This document shows, in pieces, positions 9,068-17,897 of a DNA stretch of 36,309 nucleotides. The translations under genes and the position numbers were made by a program. The DNA lies in NCBI GenBank assembly GCA_043803745.1, contig JAZDJS010000031.1:1-36309 (forward strand), read 5' to 3'. This stretch comes from an archaeon. Lineage in GTDB: Archaea; SpSt-1190; DYHY01. The notes below the pieces were generated by a model that had not been told where the DNA came from, did not search any database, and saw only the letters and a program-made list of their open reading frames with translations. Position 1 is the stretch's first letter. Each line of letters opens with the position of its first letter.

Positions 9068-10405
9068 ATGCTCGAATCCCTTGCTGAAAAGCTCCAGGAC
9101 GCGATGAAGCGGCTTGCCGGGAAGGCTGTTGTTGACCGCCAGGCTGTCGAGGAGTTCGTGAAGGAGATGCAGCGGGCCCTTATTGCCGGAGATGTCGGAG
9201 TCGAGCTTGTCTTTTCCCTTTCCGAGAGAATCCGGAAGCGGTCTCTTGAGGAGAACCAACTGATTGGGCTTTCCCTGAAGGACCACGTTCTCAAGGTGAT
9301 TTACGAGGAACTTTTGGGAATTGTCGGGAAGGGGACTCCCTTCGACACAAGCAAAAGGCCAATCCGGATAATGATGTGCGGGCTTTTCGCTGCAGGGAAG
9401 ACCACAACCTCGGGAAAGCTTGCCCTCTGGTTCAAGAAGCGCGGATTGAAAGTCGCCCTTGTCGGAGCCGACATCTATAGGCCTGCGGCACAGGAGCAGC
9501 TTCGGCAGCTTTCAGCGCAGACCGGCGTCGACTACCTCGGCGAAGGGACGGACATTCTGGGAATTGTCCGGGAAGCAAGCGAGAAATTCGCAAGGCACGA
9601 TGCAGTAATCTATGACACTGCCGGAAGGAACGCCTTTGACGGGGAAATGCTGCAGGAGCTTCTGCGGGTGCGGGAAATCGCAAAACCGACCGACACCTTC
9701 CTCGTCGTCGCGGCGGACATCGGCCAGTCCGCCGGAAGGCAGGCAACCGAGTTCTCAAAGGTCGGTCTTTCCGGGGTGATTGTGACGAAAATCGAGGGAA
9801 CTGCGAAAGGCGGAGGGGCGATAACTTCCTGCGCTTCTGCGGGCGCCCCGGTCATCTTTGTCGGAACTGGCGAGAAGATGGGCGACCTTGACATTTTCGA
9901 GCCGAAGGGCTTCGTTTCCCGGATGCTCGGCTGGGGGGATGTCTCAGCTCTCCTTCGGAAGGCTGAAGAAATTGCAAAGGAAAGCTCGCTGAACCCGGAG
10001 GACATCATGAACTCCTTCAACCTCAACACGTTCTACAAGCAGCTTGAGGCTGCGAAAAGCATGGGCCCGCTCAAGAACGTGCTGCAGATGCTCGGCGCCG
10101 GGGGGCAGGTTCCCGAGGAAATGCTTGTCAAGAGCGAGACGAAGCTGAAGAAATACAAGCACATAATGGATTCAATGTCGCGGAAGGAGCGGTTCGACCC
10201 AGACCTTATTGACGGCTCGAGAATCGCGAGGATTGCGAAGGGTTCCGGAGTGAAAGAATCGGAAGTGCGCGAGCTTTTGCAGCATTACAAGCAGGCGGAA
10301 AAGATGCTCAAGCTGGTCAAGAAGGGTCGGATGCCGAGGGATTTCGCAAAGAGGTTCGGCGGGAGCTTGCCGAAGGGTTTCGGCGGGCTGGGCGGGTTCG
10401 GTTGA
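9068..10405 (+). CDS. srp54: Signal recognition particle protein SRP54/Ffh
   Basis: NG domain (AGKTTTSGKLA, DIYRPAA, DTAGR, GTAKGGGA) and M domain (DSMSRKER, SRIARIAKGSG). Confidence 0.97.
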   Translation: MLESLAEKLQDAMKRLAGKAVVDRQAVEEFVKEMQRALIAGDVGVELVFSLSERIRKRSLEENQLIGLSLKDHVLKVIYEELLGIVGKGTPFDTSKRPIRIMMCGLFAAGKTTTSGKLALWFKKRGLKVALVGADIYRPAAQEQLRQLSAQTGVDYLGEGTDILGIVREASEKFARHDAVIYDTAGRNAFDGEMLQELLRVREIAKPTDTFLVVAADIGQSAGRQATEFSKVGLSGVIVTKIEGTAKGGGAITSCASAGAPVIFVGTGEKMGDLDIFEPKGFVSRMLGWGDVSALLRKAEEIAKESSLNPEDIMNSFNLNTFYKQLEAAKSMGPLKNVLQMLGAGGQVPEEMLVKSETKLKKYKHIMDSMSRKERFDPDLIDGSRIARIAKGSGVKESEVRELLQHYKQAEKMLKLVKKGRMPRDFAKRFGGSLPKGFGGLGGFG

Positions 10406-10459
10406 TTTGGCAACCGAATTTAAGGAAGAGAAATCCTATTAACCGGAACGTTTGGAGAA

Positions 10460-11013
10460 ATGGAATTTATGGAAAAGATAGCTGTCCTTGGAGATTCGCA
10501 CTTTCCAGGCAGGGCGCGGGAGCTGCCTGCTCGCCTCCTTGAGGAAGCCAGGAAATTCTCCCCGGACAGGATAATCCTCACCGGCGATGCGAATTCCGGG
10601 GATGTGCTGAAAAGGCTCTCGGAAATCTGCCTCCGGGTCGAGGGGGTGAAGGGGGAGAAAGACTATCTTGAGTTCCCTATTGAGCTCGTTTTCTCGGTCG
10701 GGAAAATAAGCTTCGGAGTTGTCCACGGGGATTTCGCAAAGCCGGCTGGAAACCTGGCTGAACTGGAAAGCTATGGCCGCTCTTTGGGAGTCCAGGTTCT
10801 TATTTCCGGGCACAGTCATAAGCGATTCGTCGGACGGGGAGAGAAACTCCTCCTGCTGAATCCGGGAAGCCTTACCGGCGTGCCTCTCCCGGGGGAAGAT
10901 CCGGAGAATCCCTCCCTCCTCCTTCTGACAGTTGATGAAAAAGAATTTCAGTCAGGACTGTCGAGCTTGAGCGAGGGAAGGTTATCCAGACTGCTGAGGA
11001 ATTCGCTTTCTGA
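10460..11013 (+). CDS. YfcE/Vps29-like metallophosphoesterase, apparently frameshifted at the A-run 10938-10942
   Basis: GDSHFP, TGD, VHGD, SGHSH and NPGS motifs. Adding one A restores ...DEKRISVRTVELERGKVIQTAEEFAF* ending at TGA 11011-11013. Confidence 0.75.
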
Positions 11014-11028
11014 GGCTCAAATCAAACG

Positions 11029-11037
11029 TTTTATAAA
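11029..11037 (+). promoter_or_regulatory. TATA box for rpl21e
   Basis: TTTTATAAA ends 22 nt before the ATG at 11060, consistent with a leaderless archaeal promoter. Confidence 0.6.
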
Positions 11038-11059
11038 CCGGGTTTTCCGGCCTCTGGAC

Positions 11060-11359
11060 ATGGTAAAGAGGCCGCGAGGTCCGCGAAGCAAAACCCGCTA
11101 CAAGATGAAGAAAAGCTCGCGGGAACGGGGCGTCCCAAGCGTTTCGAAGATCGTGAAGAAGCTCGCTCCGGGAACCGTCGTTTCGATTAATATTGAGCCG
11201 GCTATGCACAAGGGGCTTCCTCCAATAGTCTTCCAGGGATTGACCGGGAAGGTCATCGAACAGAGGGGCAGGGACGGTTATGTGGTAGAATTCAGGCAGG
11301 GCAAGGCCCTGAAAAACCTTGTCACAACCGCCGTACACCTGAAGGAAGTGGGCAAGTAG
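11060..11359 (+). CDS. rpl21e: 50S ribosomal protein L21e
   Basis: MVKRPRGPRSKTRYKMKK...HKGLPPIVFQGLTGKV...AVHLK; lies upstream of rpoF. Confidence 0.95.
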   Translation: MVKRPRGPRSKTRYKMKKSSRERGVPSVSKIVKKLAPGTVVSINIEPAMHKGLPPIVFQGLTGKVIEQRGRDGYVVEFRQGKALKNLVTTAVHLKEVGK

Positions 11360-11361
11360 AA

Positions 11362-11730
11362 ATGGCATCCGGACAGGAGGGGCTTCCGGAAGGGAAACCC
11401 GTTACGCTCGCGGTTGTCAAGGCAATACTCTCAAAGAGGGAGAAGGAAGGGGAACTCCATTACGAGCAGAAGCTCGCCCTCGAATATTCCAAGAAATTCT
11501 CGCGTGTTGACGAGAAAGAGGCGCAGGAGATCATCGATGCCTTGGCAAAACTGGAAATCCCGAGATTCAAGGAAAGGCACGCGGTCAAGCTGATAGATGT
11601 CTTGCCGGAGGACAGGACGGGGGTTAAGGCGATTTTCTCGAAGGAGAGCATTTCCCCGAACAACGAGCAGACGGATGCGATCCTGAAGGTTCTCGGTAAG
11701 TACAGGAAGAGCCAGCCGAAGGGGAAGTAA
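11362..11730 (+). CDS. rpoF: RNA polymerase subunit Rpo4 (RpoF)
   Basis: VTLAVVKAIL, ELHYEQKLALEY, AVKLIDVLP; synteny rpl21e-rpoF-DUF655. Confidence 0.92.
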   Translation: MASGQEGLPEGKPVTLAVVKAILSKREKEGELHYEQKLALEYSKKFSRVDEKEAQEIIDALAKLEIPRFKERHAVKLIDVLPEDRTGVKAIFSKESISPNNEQTDAILKVLGKYRKSQPKGK

Positions 11731-11785
11731 GGTCCCCCGGGAAAAAAGGGAAAAGTAATTAAAAAAAGAGGTTTTATTCTGAAAA

Positions 11786-12397
11786 ATGGCTGAGAAACTC
11801 ATAGTTCTTGACATTCTGGAGACGGGACACTCCAGCGACACAAGGCCGCTTCATCTCAGGGAACGGCTCGTCCAGGTCATCAGCGAAGATTTGCTTGTCC
11901 TCAGGGAAGCGGTTCCGACGAACGAATGGAGGCCCTCCCTCCGGGAAGTCGCCTCCCGGGACGATCCCGCCAAGATAAGGAGGATTGCAGACCGGCTTGA
12001 AGCCGGCAGGCGCGTGGAAACAATTGAGTTCTCGCGCCTCACGACAACCGCGAAGAACGAGCTCGAATCTGCTGTCTCGGAGATAGTTGACAGGAACGAA
12101 AAGAGGTTCGTTGATTTCTTCAACAGGGCCGGTCCCCTGACAACGAGGCAGCACAGCCTTGAGCTTCTGCCGGGAATCGGGAAGAAGCATTTGTGGGATA
12201 TTCTTGACGGAAGGAAAACAAAGCCGTTCGAAAGCTTCGCGGGCATCCAGGTCCGGATAAAGCTCTTATCGGACCCGAAAAAGGGGGTTGTGAAGCGGAT
12301 TGCCGCGGAGATTGAAGGCGCCCAGAAATACTACCTCTTCGTCCAACCGCCCCTCTCGAAAATACTCGAGCGCTGGCGAACGACAAATTCCTCCTGA
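11786..12397 (+). CDS. DUF655 putative RNA-binding protein
   Basis: LTTTAKNELE, FVDFFNRAGPLTTRQHSLELLPGIGKK, PFESF, KYYLFV. Confidence 0.92.
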   Translation: MAEKLIVLDILETGHSSDTRPLHLRERLVQVISEDLLVLREAVPTNEWRPSLREVASRDDPAKIRRIADRLEAGRRVETIEFSRLTTTAKNELESAVSEIVDRNEKRFVDFFNRAGPLTTRQHSLELLPGIGKKHLWDILDGRKTKPFESFAGIQVRIKLLSDPKKGVVKRIAAEIEGAQKYYLFVQPPLSKILERWRTTNSS

Positions 12398-12437
12398 CTG
12401 GGAAACTTTATTTATACTTCCTCCCACGTGTTCTCCG

Positions 12438-13040
12438 ATGGCGTCGGATGCTGAAGTCAAGGGAGAAGTCGGCTTTTTCCTCAGGGCGGGGAAATTGAAA
12501 CAAATCGGGCGCAGGGGGTGGACGCTTCGGGGGATAGAAACGCCGGAGACCGTCGCCGACCATTCATACATGACCGCCCTGCTTGCGCTCTACTACGGGG
12601 AGAAATTCAAGCTTGACGTCGGGAAGGTAGTGGGGCTCGCCCTTTTGCACGACATTAATGAGGTTGAAACGGGGGAGCTTGTCGGGGACAAGTTCAAGCC
12701 CGTAAAGGAAAAGGAGAAAATCGCAAACGGCTCCGAAGCCGTCGGGAAGGTCGTTTCCGGACTTGACGCCAAGTTCAGGAAGGAATATGCCGCATTGTGG
12801 AAGGAGGAGAACACCCGGGGAACGCCCGAAGCCTCCATTGCGAGGGACCTCAACAAGCTTGAGCTGGCTTTCCAGGCGCTCAACTACGAGCTCAGGGGGC
12901 ATCCCGGGGAAAGGTTTGAGGACATGTGGGAACACGCGCGGGAGAGCGTCCGCGACAAGAGGCTGAAAGCCGTCCTCTCCAAGCTTGAAAGGAGCAGGCC
13001 CTCCGCAACCCCGAAGAAAAAGAAGAATAAGAAAAGATGA
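12438..13040 (+). CDS. HD-domain hydrolase (YfbR/HDDC2-like)
   Basis: LKQIGRRGW, ETVADHSY, ALLHDINE and TPEA motifs. ATG at 12438 follows TTTATTTATA. Confidence 0.88.
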   Translation: MASDAEVKGEVGFFLRAGKLKQIGRRGWTLRGIETPETVADHSYMTALLALYYGEKFKLDVGKVVGLALLHDINEVETGELVGDKFKPVKEKEKIANGSEAVGKVVSGLDAKFRKEYAALWKEENTRGTPEASIARDLNKLELAFQALNYELRGHPGERFEDMWEHARESVRDKRLKAVLSKLERSRPSATPKKKKNKKR

Positions 13041-13786
13041 GCATACGCCCTAAGAAGTGGCTTGGGCAGAATTTCCTCACCGACAGGAAAACTCTCGAGT
13101 TCGAGGTTTCGGCAGCGGGAGTCTGCGGGAAGGACACCGTCCTTGAAATAGGCCCCGGGGACGGACGGCTCACAAGACTTCTTGCCGAGCGGGCGAAAAG
13201 GGTTGTTGCGGTTGAGAAGGACCTGGAAATGGCGAAATTCCTGGAAGGCCTGCCGGAAAACGTTGAGCTGGTTTTCGGGGATTTCACGAAGCTCCAGCCG
13301 CTCCCGGAATTCAACAAGGTTGTCGCGAACATACCCTACAACCTTTCCTCAAAAATAGCCTTCATCCTCCTCGAGGGGCACGGATTCGAGGTCGCTGTTC
13401 TGACGTTTCAGAAGGAATTCGCAGAACGGCTCGTCGGCAGGCCAGGAACGAAGAACTGGGGGCGCCTTTCGGCAACGGTTAGCTTCCTTGCAAATGTGGA
13501 ACTGCTGAAAACCGTTCCGGCAGGGGCGTTCTACCCAAAGCCGAAGGTTGATTCGGCCGTTGTGCGGATAATCCCGAAGGAAAAGCCGGAAGGGTGGGAG
13601 AGCACGAAAAGGGCTATCAATGCCCTTTTCACGAATCCCGGGAAGACCGTCAAAAACGCCCTGAAGGGGAAAACCGACTCGGAAATCCCTGAGGAGTTCC
13701 GGGGAAAGCGGGTGAGGCGGCTTTCCCCCGGGGAGCTTGAAGCGCTTGGCGCGGCATGTTTCAGAGCCCAAAATATATTTAAATAG
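13037..13786 (+). CDS. rsmA: 16S rRNA m6,2A1518/1519 dimethyltransferase KsgA/Dim1
   Basis: LGQNFL, VLEIGPGDG, VANIPYNLSS, QKEFAERL, FYPKPKVDSAVV. Confidence 0.96.
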   Translation: MSIRPKKWLGQNFLTDRKTLEFEVSAAGVCGKDTVLEIGPGDGRLTRLLAERAKRVVAVEKDLEMAKFLEGLPENVELVFGDFTKLQPLPEFNKVVANIPYNLSSKIAFILLEGHGFEVAVLTFQKEFAERLVGRPGTKNWGRLSATVSFLANVELLKTVPAGAFYPKPKVDSAVVRIIPKEKPEGWESTKRAINALFTNPGKTVKNALKGKTDSEIPEEFRGKRVRRLSPGELEALGAACFRAQNIFK

Positions 13787-13832
13787 CAGTAGTGAATTCT
13801 TTTAAAGTATTAACCTGTTGGGAGTGAAAGAT

Positions 13833-14678
13833 ATGGTAATGGAAGAAAAATTCTTGGCGCAGCTAAGGGACAACTTTGACCTCAATCTTTACGAAGTGAA
13901 AATCTGGACGGCTCTCCTGTCAAGGGGGATTTCCACCGCCGGAGAACTCTCCGATATTGCAAACGTCCCGCGCTCCCGCGCATACGATGTTCTCGAATCC
14001 CTCGAACGGAAGGGGTTCGTCATAATGAAGCTTGGCAAGCCCATCAAATACATTGCGGTGCAGCCCGAAGAGGTAATGGAACGGGTCAAGAAGAACTACA
14101 AGGAATCCGCAATGGAAAAGGCGGGCGAGCTTGAGAAGATAAAGAACTCCGAGGTCGTCCTCCAGCTGAAGCAGCTTTACGAGAAGGGGATCGAGATGAT
14201 AGAGCCGACCGAGCTTTCGGGCGCGCTCAAGGGAAGGCACAACCTGCACGACCACATCGACCTCCTCCTGAAGGACGCTGAAAAGACAATCAGCATTGTC
14301 ACAAGCGTTTCGGAGATGAACCGCCTTGCGGAGTTCCATTTCGCGAGCCTCAAGGATGCGAAGGCAAGGGGAGTCAAGGTGAAGATTGCAGCGGAAATCA
14401 CTCCAGAGAATGCCCAGTCGGCAAAGGTCATGAGCGAGGTTGCCGACATCAGATACATGGATCACATAAGGGCGCGCTTCTACATAATTGACGGGGAAGA
14501 GGTTCTTTTCATGCTCCTCCCGGAGGAAGAGGTCCACCCGACATATGACACTGGAATCTGGGTGCACTCGCCGTTCTTCGCCGAAGCGCTCGAGGACCTC
14601 CTCGAGCATGCCTGGAACAAGCTTGACTCGGCTGAAAAATACATCAAAAAGTCAGAGGCAAAGGGCGCGACAAAGTAA
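13833..14678 (+). CDS. TrmB family transcriptional regulator
   Basis: LNLYEVKIWTALLSRGISTAGELSDIANVPRSRAYDVLESLERKGF HTH, followed by a PLD-like effector domain (ARFYIIDGEEVLF). Confidence 0.92.
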   Translation: MVMEEKFLAQLRDNFDLNLYEVKIWTALLSRGISTAGELSDIANVPRSRAYDVLESLERKGFVIMKLGKPIKYIAVQPEEVMERVKKNYKESAMEKAGELEKIKNSEVVLQLKQLYEKGIEMIEPTELSGALKGRHNLHDHIDLLLKDAEKTISIVTSVSEMNRLAEFHFASLKDAKARGVKVKIAAEITPENAQSAKVMSEVADIRYMDHIRARFYIIDGEEVLFMLLPEEEVHPTYDTGIWVHSPFFAEALEDLLEHAWNKLDSAEKYIKKSEAKGATK

Positions 14679-14684
14679 TTTCCC

Positions 14685-15452
14685 TTATCCGAAAACGGAG
14701 CAGTCAAGCGGGTTGCGGTAAATTCCCTTCTTCGCAAGCTCGGGCAGTCTTGAAAGTTCGGCGGCTGTTTCGGCAATTGAAAGGCGCGCCCCGCAGTTGT
14801 GCTCACCGAAAAGCCGGACAAAATCGGCACCGTAGCCCGCCTCGCCGTTTCTGATTGAGACGGTGCATTCCGCAGATTCTTTCCCGGAAACCGTTGCTGA
14901 AAGCCGCCCCTCGTTCGAAGAGAGGGAAATTGCGGTCCTTTTTGCCTGTGGGAGCACGCGTTCCGCGGAAACTAAATATTCCGGGCCCCTTACATTTCCG
15001 AGGGAAACAGAATATACGATTGAGAGGGGTCCGTTATTGTATGCTGCAGAGGTTCTCTGGGGGGTCGGAAGTCTCCCGTAACAGTCAACCTCGTCGACAA
15101 GGAAGCCGTTGGAAAGACAGGTTCCCCTCAAAAGCTCGGAAACGGGCCTTGATTTGATTCCCTCGGGAAGCCGACCTTCGGGGATTGCCGCAAGAAGCGC
15201 TTGTCGGTTATCGGGATTTCCCAGGAACTCGTGGAACTCGGAAGATGAGCAAAGTTCCCCTGGAATTTGCCTGCTTGTCTGGACCTCGAGATAAATCAGG
15301 TCAGTGCCGGGAACTTTCTTCTCAACAAACAGGACCTTTGCGGGAAAAAGGGCCCACTCGAACTCGGTAGGAGAATCGGCGCCCTCCCCAATTGCCTCGG
15401 CAAGCTTGACAAGGAGGGATGGGTCGGGATTGATTAGTATTTTCTGGAGCAT
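14685..15452 (-). CDS. Hypothetical protein (255 aa), possible orphan family member 3
   Basis: Fills the TrmB-nre gap. TTTATTAA lies about 25-30 nt upstream. Weak motif similarity to the ORFs at 7358 and 8263. Confidence 0.7.
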   Translation of the reverse strand: MLQKILINPDPSLLVKLAEAIGEGADSPTEFEWALFPAKVLFVEKKVPGTDLIYLEVQTSRQIPGELCSSSEFHEFLGNPDNRQALLAAIPEGRLPEGIKSRPVSELLRGTCLSNGFLVDEVDCYGRLPTPQRTSAAYNNGPLSIVYSVSLGNVRGPEYLVSAERVLPQAKRTAISLSSNEGRLSATVSGKESAECTVSIRNGEAGYGADFVRLFGEHNCGARLSIAETAAELSRLPELAKKGIYRNPLDCSVFG

Positions 15453-15476
15453 TTGCCGGGGAGCGGGGGAGGACGG

Positions 15477-16661
15477 TTAATAAAGACTCTCGAAAAAGGA
15501 ACTCAGCCGCCTCTGGTTCCTAAGGAAGGATATTATCTTGGACTTGGCAAGAACCGCTTCCTTTGACAGTCGCGTTTCGGAGAAAATCCTGTCAAGCGCC
15601 TGGGCAAGGTCCGGGAATTCCTCAGGAGCTTGGAGAAAAGCGTTCCGGACGTTTTCCCTCACCTGCCAGACTCCGAGGGGCGCGAAATATCCGGAACCGA
15701 TTGACCTGACGATGAGGACCCCTGCCTGCAGCTTCTTTTCCCTCAAATATTCGCACACGGCAAGCCGCCCGGCATAATAGCCGCCCGCAACGTTCGAGGC
15801 ATAATCCTTTCTTCCTTGGTAGAACTCGAAATCGGAGACAATGGTTTCCCCGGGAACGTATCCCTCGATCTGCTCGAACATCCATTCCGAGGGAATCAGG
15901 AGTATGTGGAACTCGTTGTCAAGGTGCCTTGACCTGAAGAGAAGGAAGCGGTCGGAAAGCTTCTCGAACTCCCTTATTTCGGAAAGGACTTTTCCCGAGA
16001 CAATTGAGTCGGTTGCGGTTATCCCCCAGCGCGTCGGAACGAGCTTCCGGGAACTCCCGAGGAAGCCTGCCGAGAGGAGGCGTTGGATATAGTAGACGTC
16101 AAATCCATAGTTGAAAAGCTCGTTCGCCCCGGAAACCGCCGGAAGCTTCTCGGAGATGATTGAGTCGACCTTCGAGGGGATTTTCGGATTCCCAGTGACC
16201 TTGAGCTCCTCAAGGCGGGCGGAGGGACCCATTGGGCTTGAATATTTGTCAAAGGAAAGCCCCTCGCGGAGCTTGCCTGTCCTTGCCTCAACCTCGGTCG
16301 GCTTGACCGCAAGGGTCACCTCGTTAAGGTATTCGCGCGCAAGCGCGGGTTTCTTGACATCCGCCGAAAAGGTCATGTTGAGGAGGGAAAGCCTTTTCTC
16401 GGCAACTTCGGGAATGCCGAGGCGGGCTTCGAACCATTTCGGAGGATTGTCCAAATCGCGCCCCGGAATCGGCGGGGCAAGAACGCCGGCGCGCACCCTA
16501 GGATAGCCATGATGCCCGATGAATACCGCGGGTGGCGAGTCTCCGAAAAAGCTGCCTGAGGAGAGAATCCGGCGGGTCTGTGCAACGAGCGGCTTGGAAT
16601 GCAGTGGGCAGCGCTCCCGCCCGGCGCCCTTGCAAATCGGACAGCTCTGGGACCCGATCAC
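15477..16661 (-). CDS. nreA: Nre family DNA repair protein with C-terminal PIP box
   Basis: N-terminal CPICKG..CP, SPPAVFIG...YP, RKLVPTRWGITATD, GGYYAGRL, PLGVWQVRENVR; C-terminal QRRLSSFF. Confidence 0.92.
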   Translation of the reverse strand: MIGSQSCPICKGAGRERCPLHSKPLVAQTRRILSSGSFFGDSPPAVFIGHHGYPRVRAGVLAPPIPGRDLDNPPKWFEARLGIPEVAEKRLSLLNMTFSADVKKPALAREYLNEVTLAVKPTEVEARTGKLREGLSFDKYSSPMGPSARLEELKVTGNPKIPSKVDSIISEKLPAVSGANELFNYGFDVYYIQRLLSAGFLGSSRKLVPTRWGITATDSIVSGKVLSEIREFEKLSDRFLLFRSRHLDNEFHILLIPSEWMFEQIEGYVPGETIVSDFEFYQGRKDYASNVAGGYYAGRLAVCEYLREKKLQAGVLIVRSIGSGYFAPLGVWQVRENVRNAFLQAPEEFPDLAQALDRIFSETRLSKEAVLAKSKIISFLRNQRRLSSFFESLY

Positions 16662-16669
16662 TTCCTTCG

Positions 16670-16700
16670 AAGGGAATCCCGGTTTTTAACCGGTTCCCTT
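16670..16700. promoter_or_regulatory. Imperfect inverted repeat over the predicted nre TATA box
   Basis: AAGGGAA-TC-CCGGTT-TTT-AACCGG-TTCCCTT. Confidence 0.4.
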
Positions 16701-16748
16701 GGCTTTCCGGTATCTGGCTTGCTGGAAAAAAGAAGAGGTTGGAAAGAA

Positions 16749-17816
16749 TCATTTCCTGATTTGCGTTTCCCATTCGGCAAGCCTTCCGAAAATCCGCTTC
16801 TCGGCTTTCTCAAGGTCGGAAAGATTCCGGCTTCCGGAAAGGAACATTGCGGCCTTCAGCTCGTCGATCTTTCCGGAGAGAAAGCTTTCGATTCCCTTTC
16901 GTCCTCCGGAGGAAAACGCATGCAGAACGGGCCTTGCAAACCCCCCGCCCCATGCCCCAAGGGAAACTGATTTGGCAACGTCGACCCCGGTCAGTAGCCC
17001 GCCCGAGGAGATTATGGGAACGCCAAGGCCCGCGCACTCAATTACGGAAGCTGCAGCCGGGATCCCCCAATCGGAAAGGGCGCGACCGAGTCCTTTTCCG
17101 CCCCGGGAAAGCTCGATTTTCACGAAATCGGTCCCGCCCGCGCCTGCAACGTCAATTCCCGAGATTCCCGCGTCAACAAGCTTGCGCGCGACCTTCCCAG
17201 AAATCCCGAATCCCACTTCCTTCGCGAAAACGGGGACGCCCGCCTCGTCGGAAATTTCCTCAAGCTTCTCAAGGGATTTTGAGAAAGTCAGGTCCCCTTC
17301 GCGCTGGACCAGCTCCTGCGCAGGGTTCAAGTGGATGAAAAGACCGTCCGCCTCAATTGACTCAACCGCCTTCTTCGCAGCTTTGGGCGGAAGCTGCCCG
17401 TTCGTGAACTGGGCGAGCCCGAGGTTTGCGAAAATCGGGACGTTGCGCGCATGCTTCCTCACCTGAAAACTCCCCGCAGTCCGCGGCATCTCGAACGAAA
17501 CCCTCTGACTTCCGACCCCAAAAGGCAGCTGGAACTTCTCGCACGCCTCTGCAACCGCCTTGTTGAGCTTTTCGCCAACGGCGCTCCCTCCGGACATCGG
17601 GGAGACGAGGATTGGCGCGGAAATCGCCTTTCCGAGGAGACTTGCCGATGTTGAAATCTCGGAAAACGACATGTCCGGAACGGAATTGTTGACGATTTGC
17701 ACGCATTCTAGGAGGTTTGACTGCTTTGAGAGTGAAATTCCGGAAAGCGCAAGCCGGATGTGGTCGGCTTTTCTTGAAACTGTCGGGTTTTTTCTTGAAC
17801 TTGCGGGAAATTCCAT
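16749..17816 (-). CDS. fni: Type 2 isopentenyl-diphosphate delta-isomerase
   Basis: RKADHI, MSGG, GVGSQR, IHLNPAQELVQREGD, KEVGFGIS, DVAGAGGT, SGGL..GVDVAKS. Confidence 0.95.
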   Translation of the reverse strand: MEFPASSRKNPTVSRKADHIRLALSGISLSKQSNLLECVQIVNNSVPDMSFSEISTSASLLGKAISAPILVSPMSGGSAVGEKLNKAVAEACEKFQLPFGVGSQRVSFEMPRTAGSFQVRKHARNVPIFANLGLAQFTNGQLPPKAAKKAVESIEADGLFIHLNPAQELVQREGDLTFSKSLEKLEEISDEAGVPVFAKEVGFGISGKVARKLVDAGISGIDVAGAGGTDFVKIELSRGGKGLGRALSDWGIPAAASVIECAGLGVPIISSGGLLTGVDVAKSVSLGAWGGGFARPVLHAFSSGGRKGIESFLSGKIDELKAAMFLSGSRNLSDLEKAEKRIFGRLAEWETQIRK

Positions 17817-17897
17817 CAGAATCCGATGAAAAACTTCGCGGAATATAAAAAAATTGTTGTGGAAAGTTATTTAAGCGAAACTCGGCTGGAAATCACC

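Noticed and set aside
10460-11359. Genuine novel phosphoesterase-ribosomal protein L21e fusion, as shown in the ORF track
   Set aside because: The alternative frame supplies a more plausible phosphoesterase C-terminus, and the linker contains the rpl21e TATA box. Treated as a frameshift pending read evidence.
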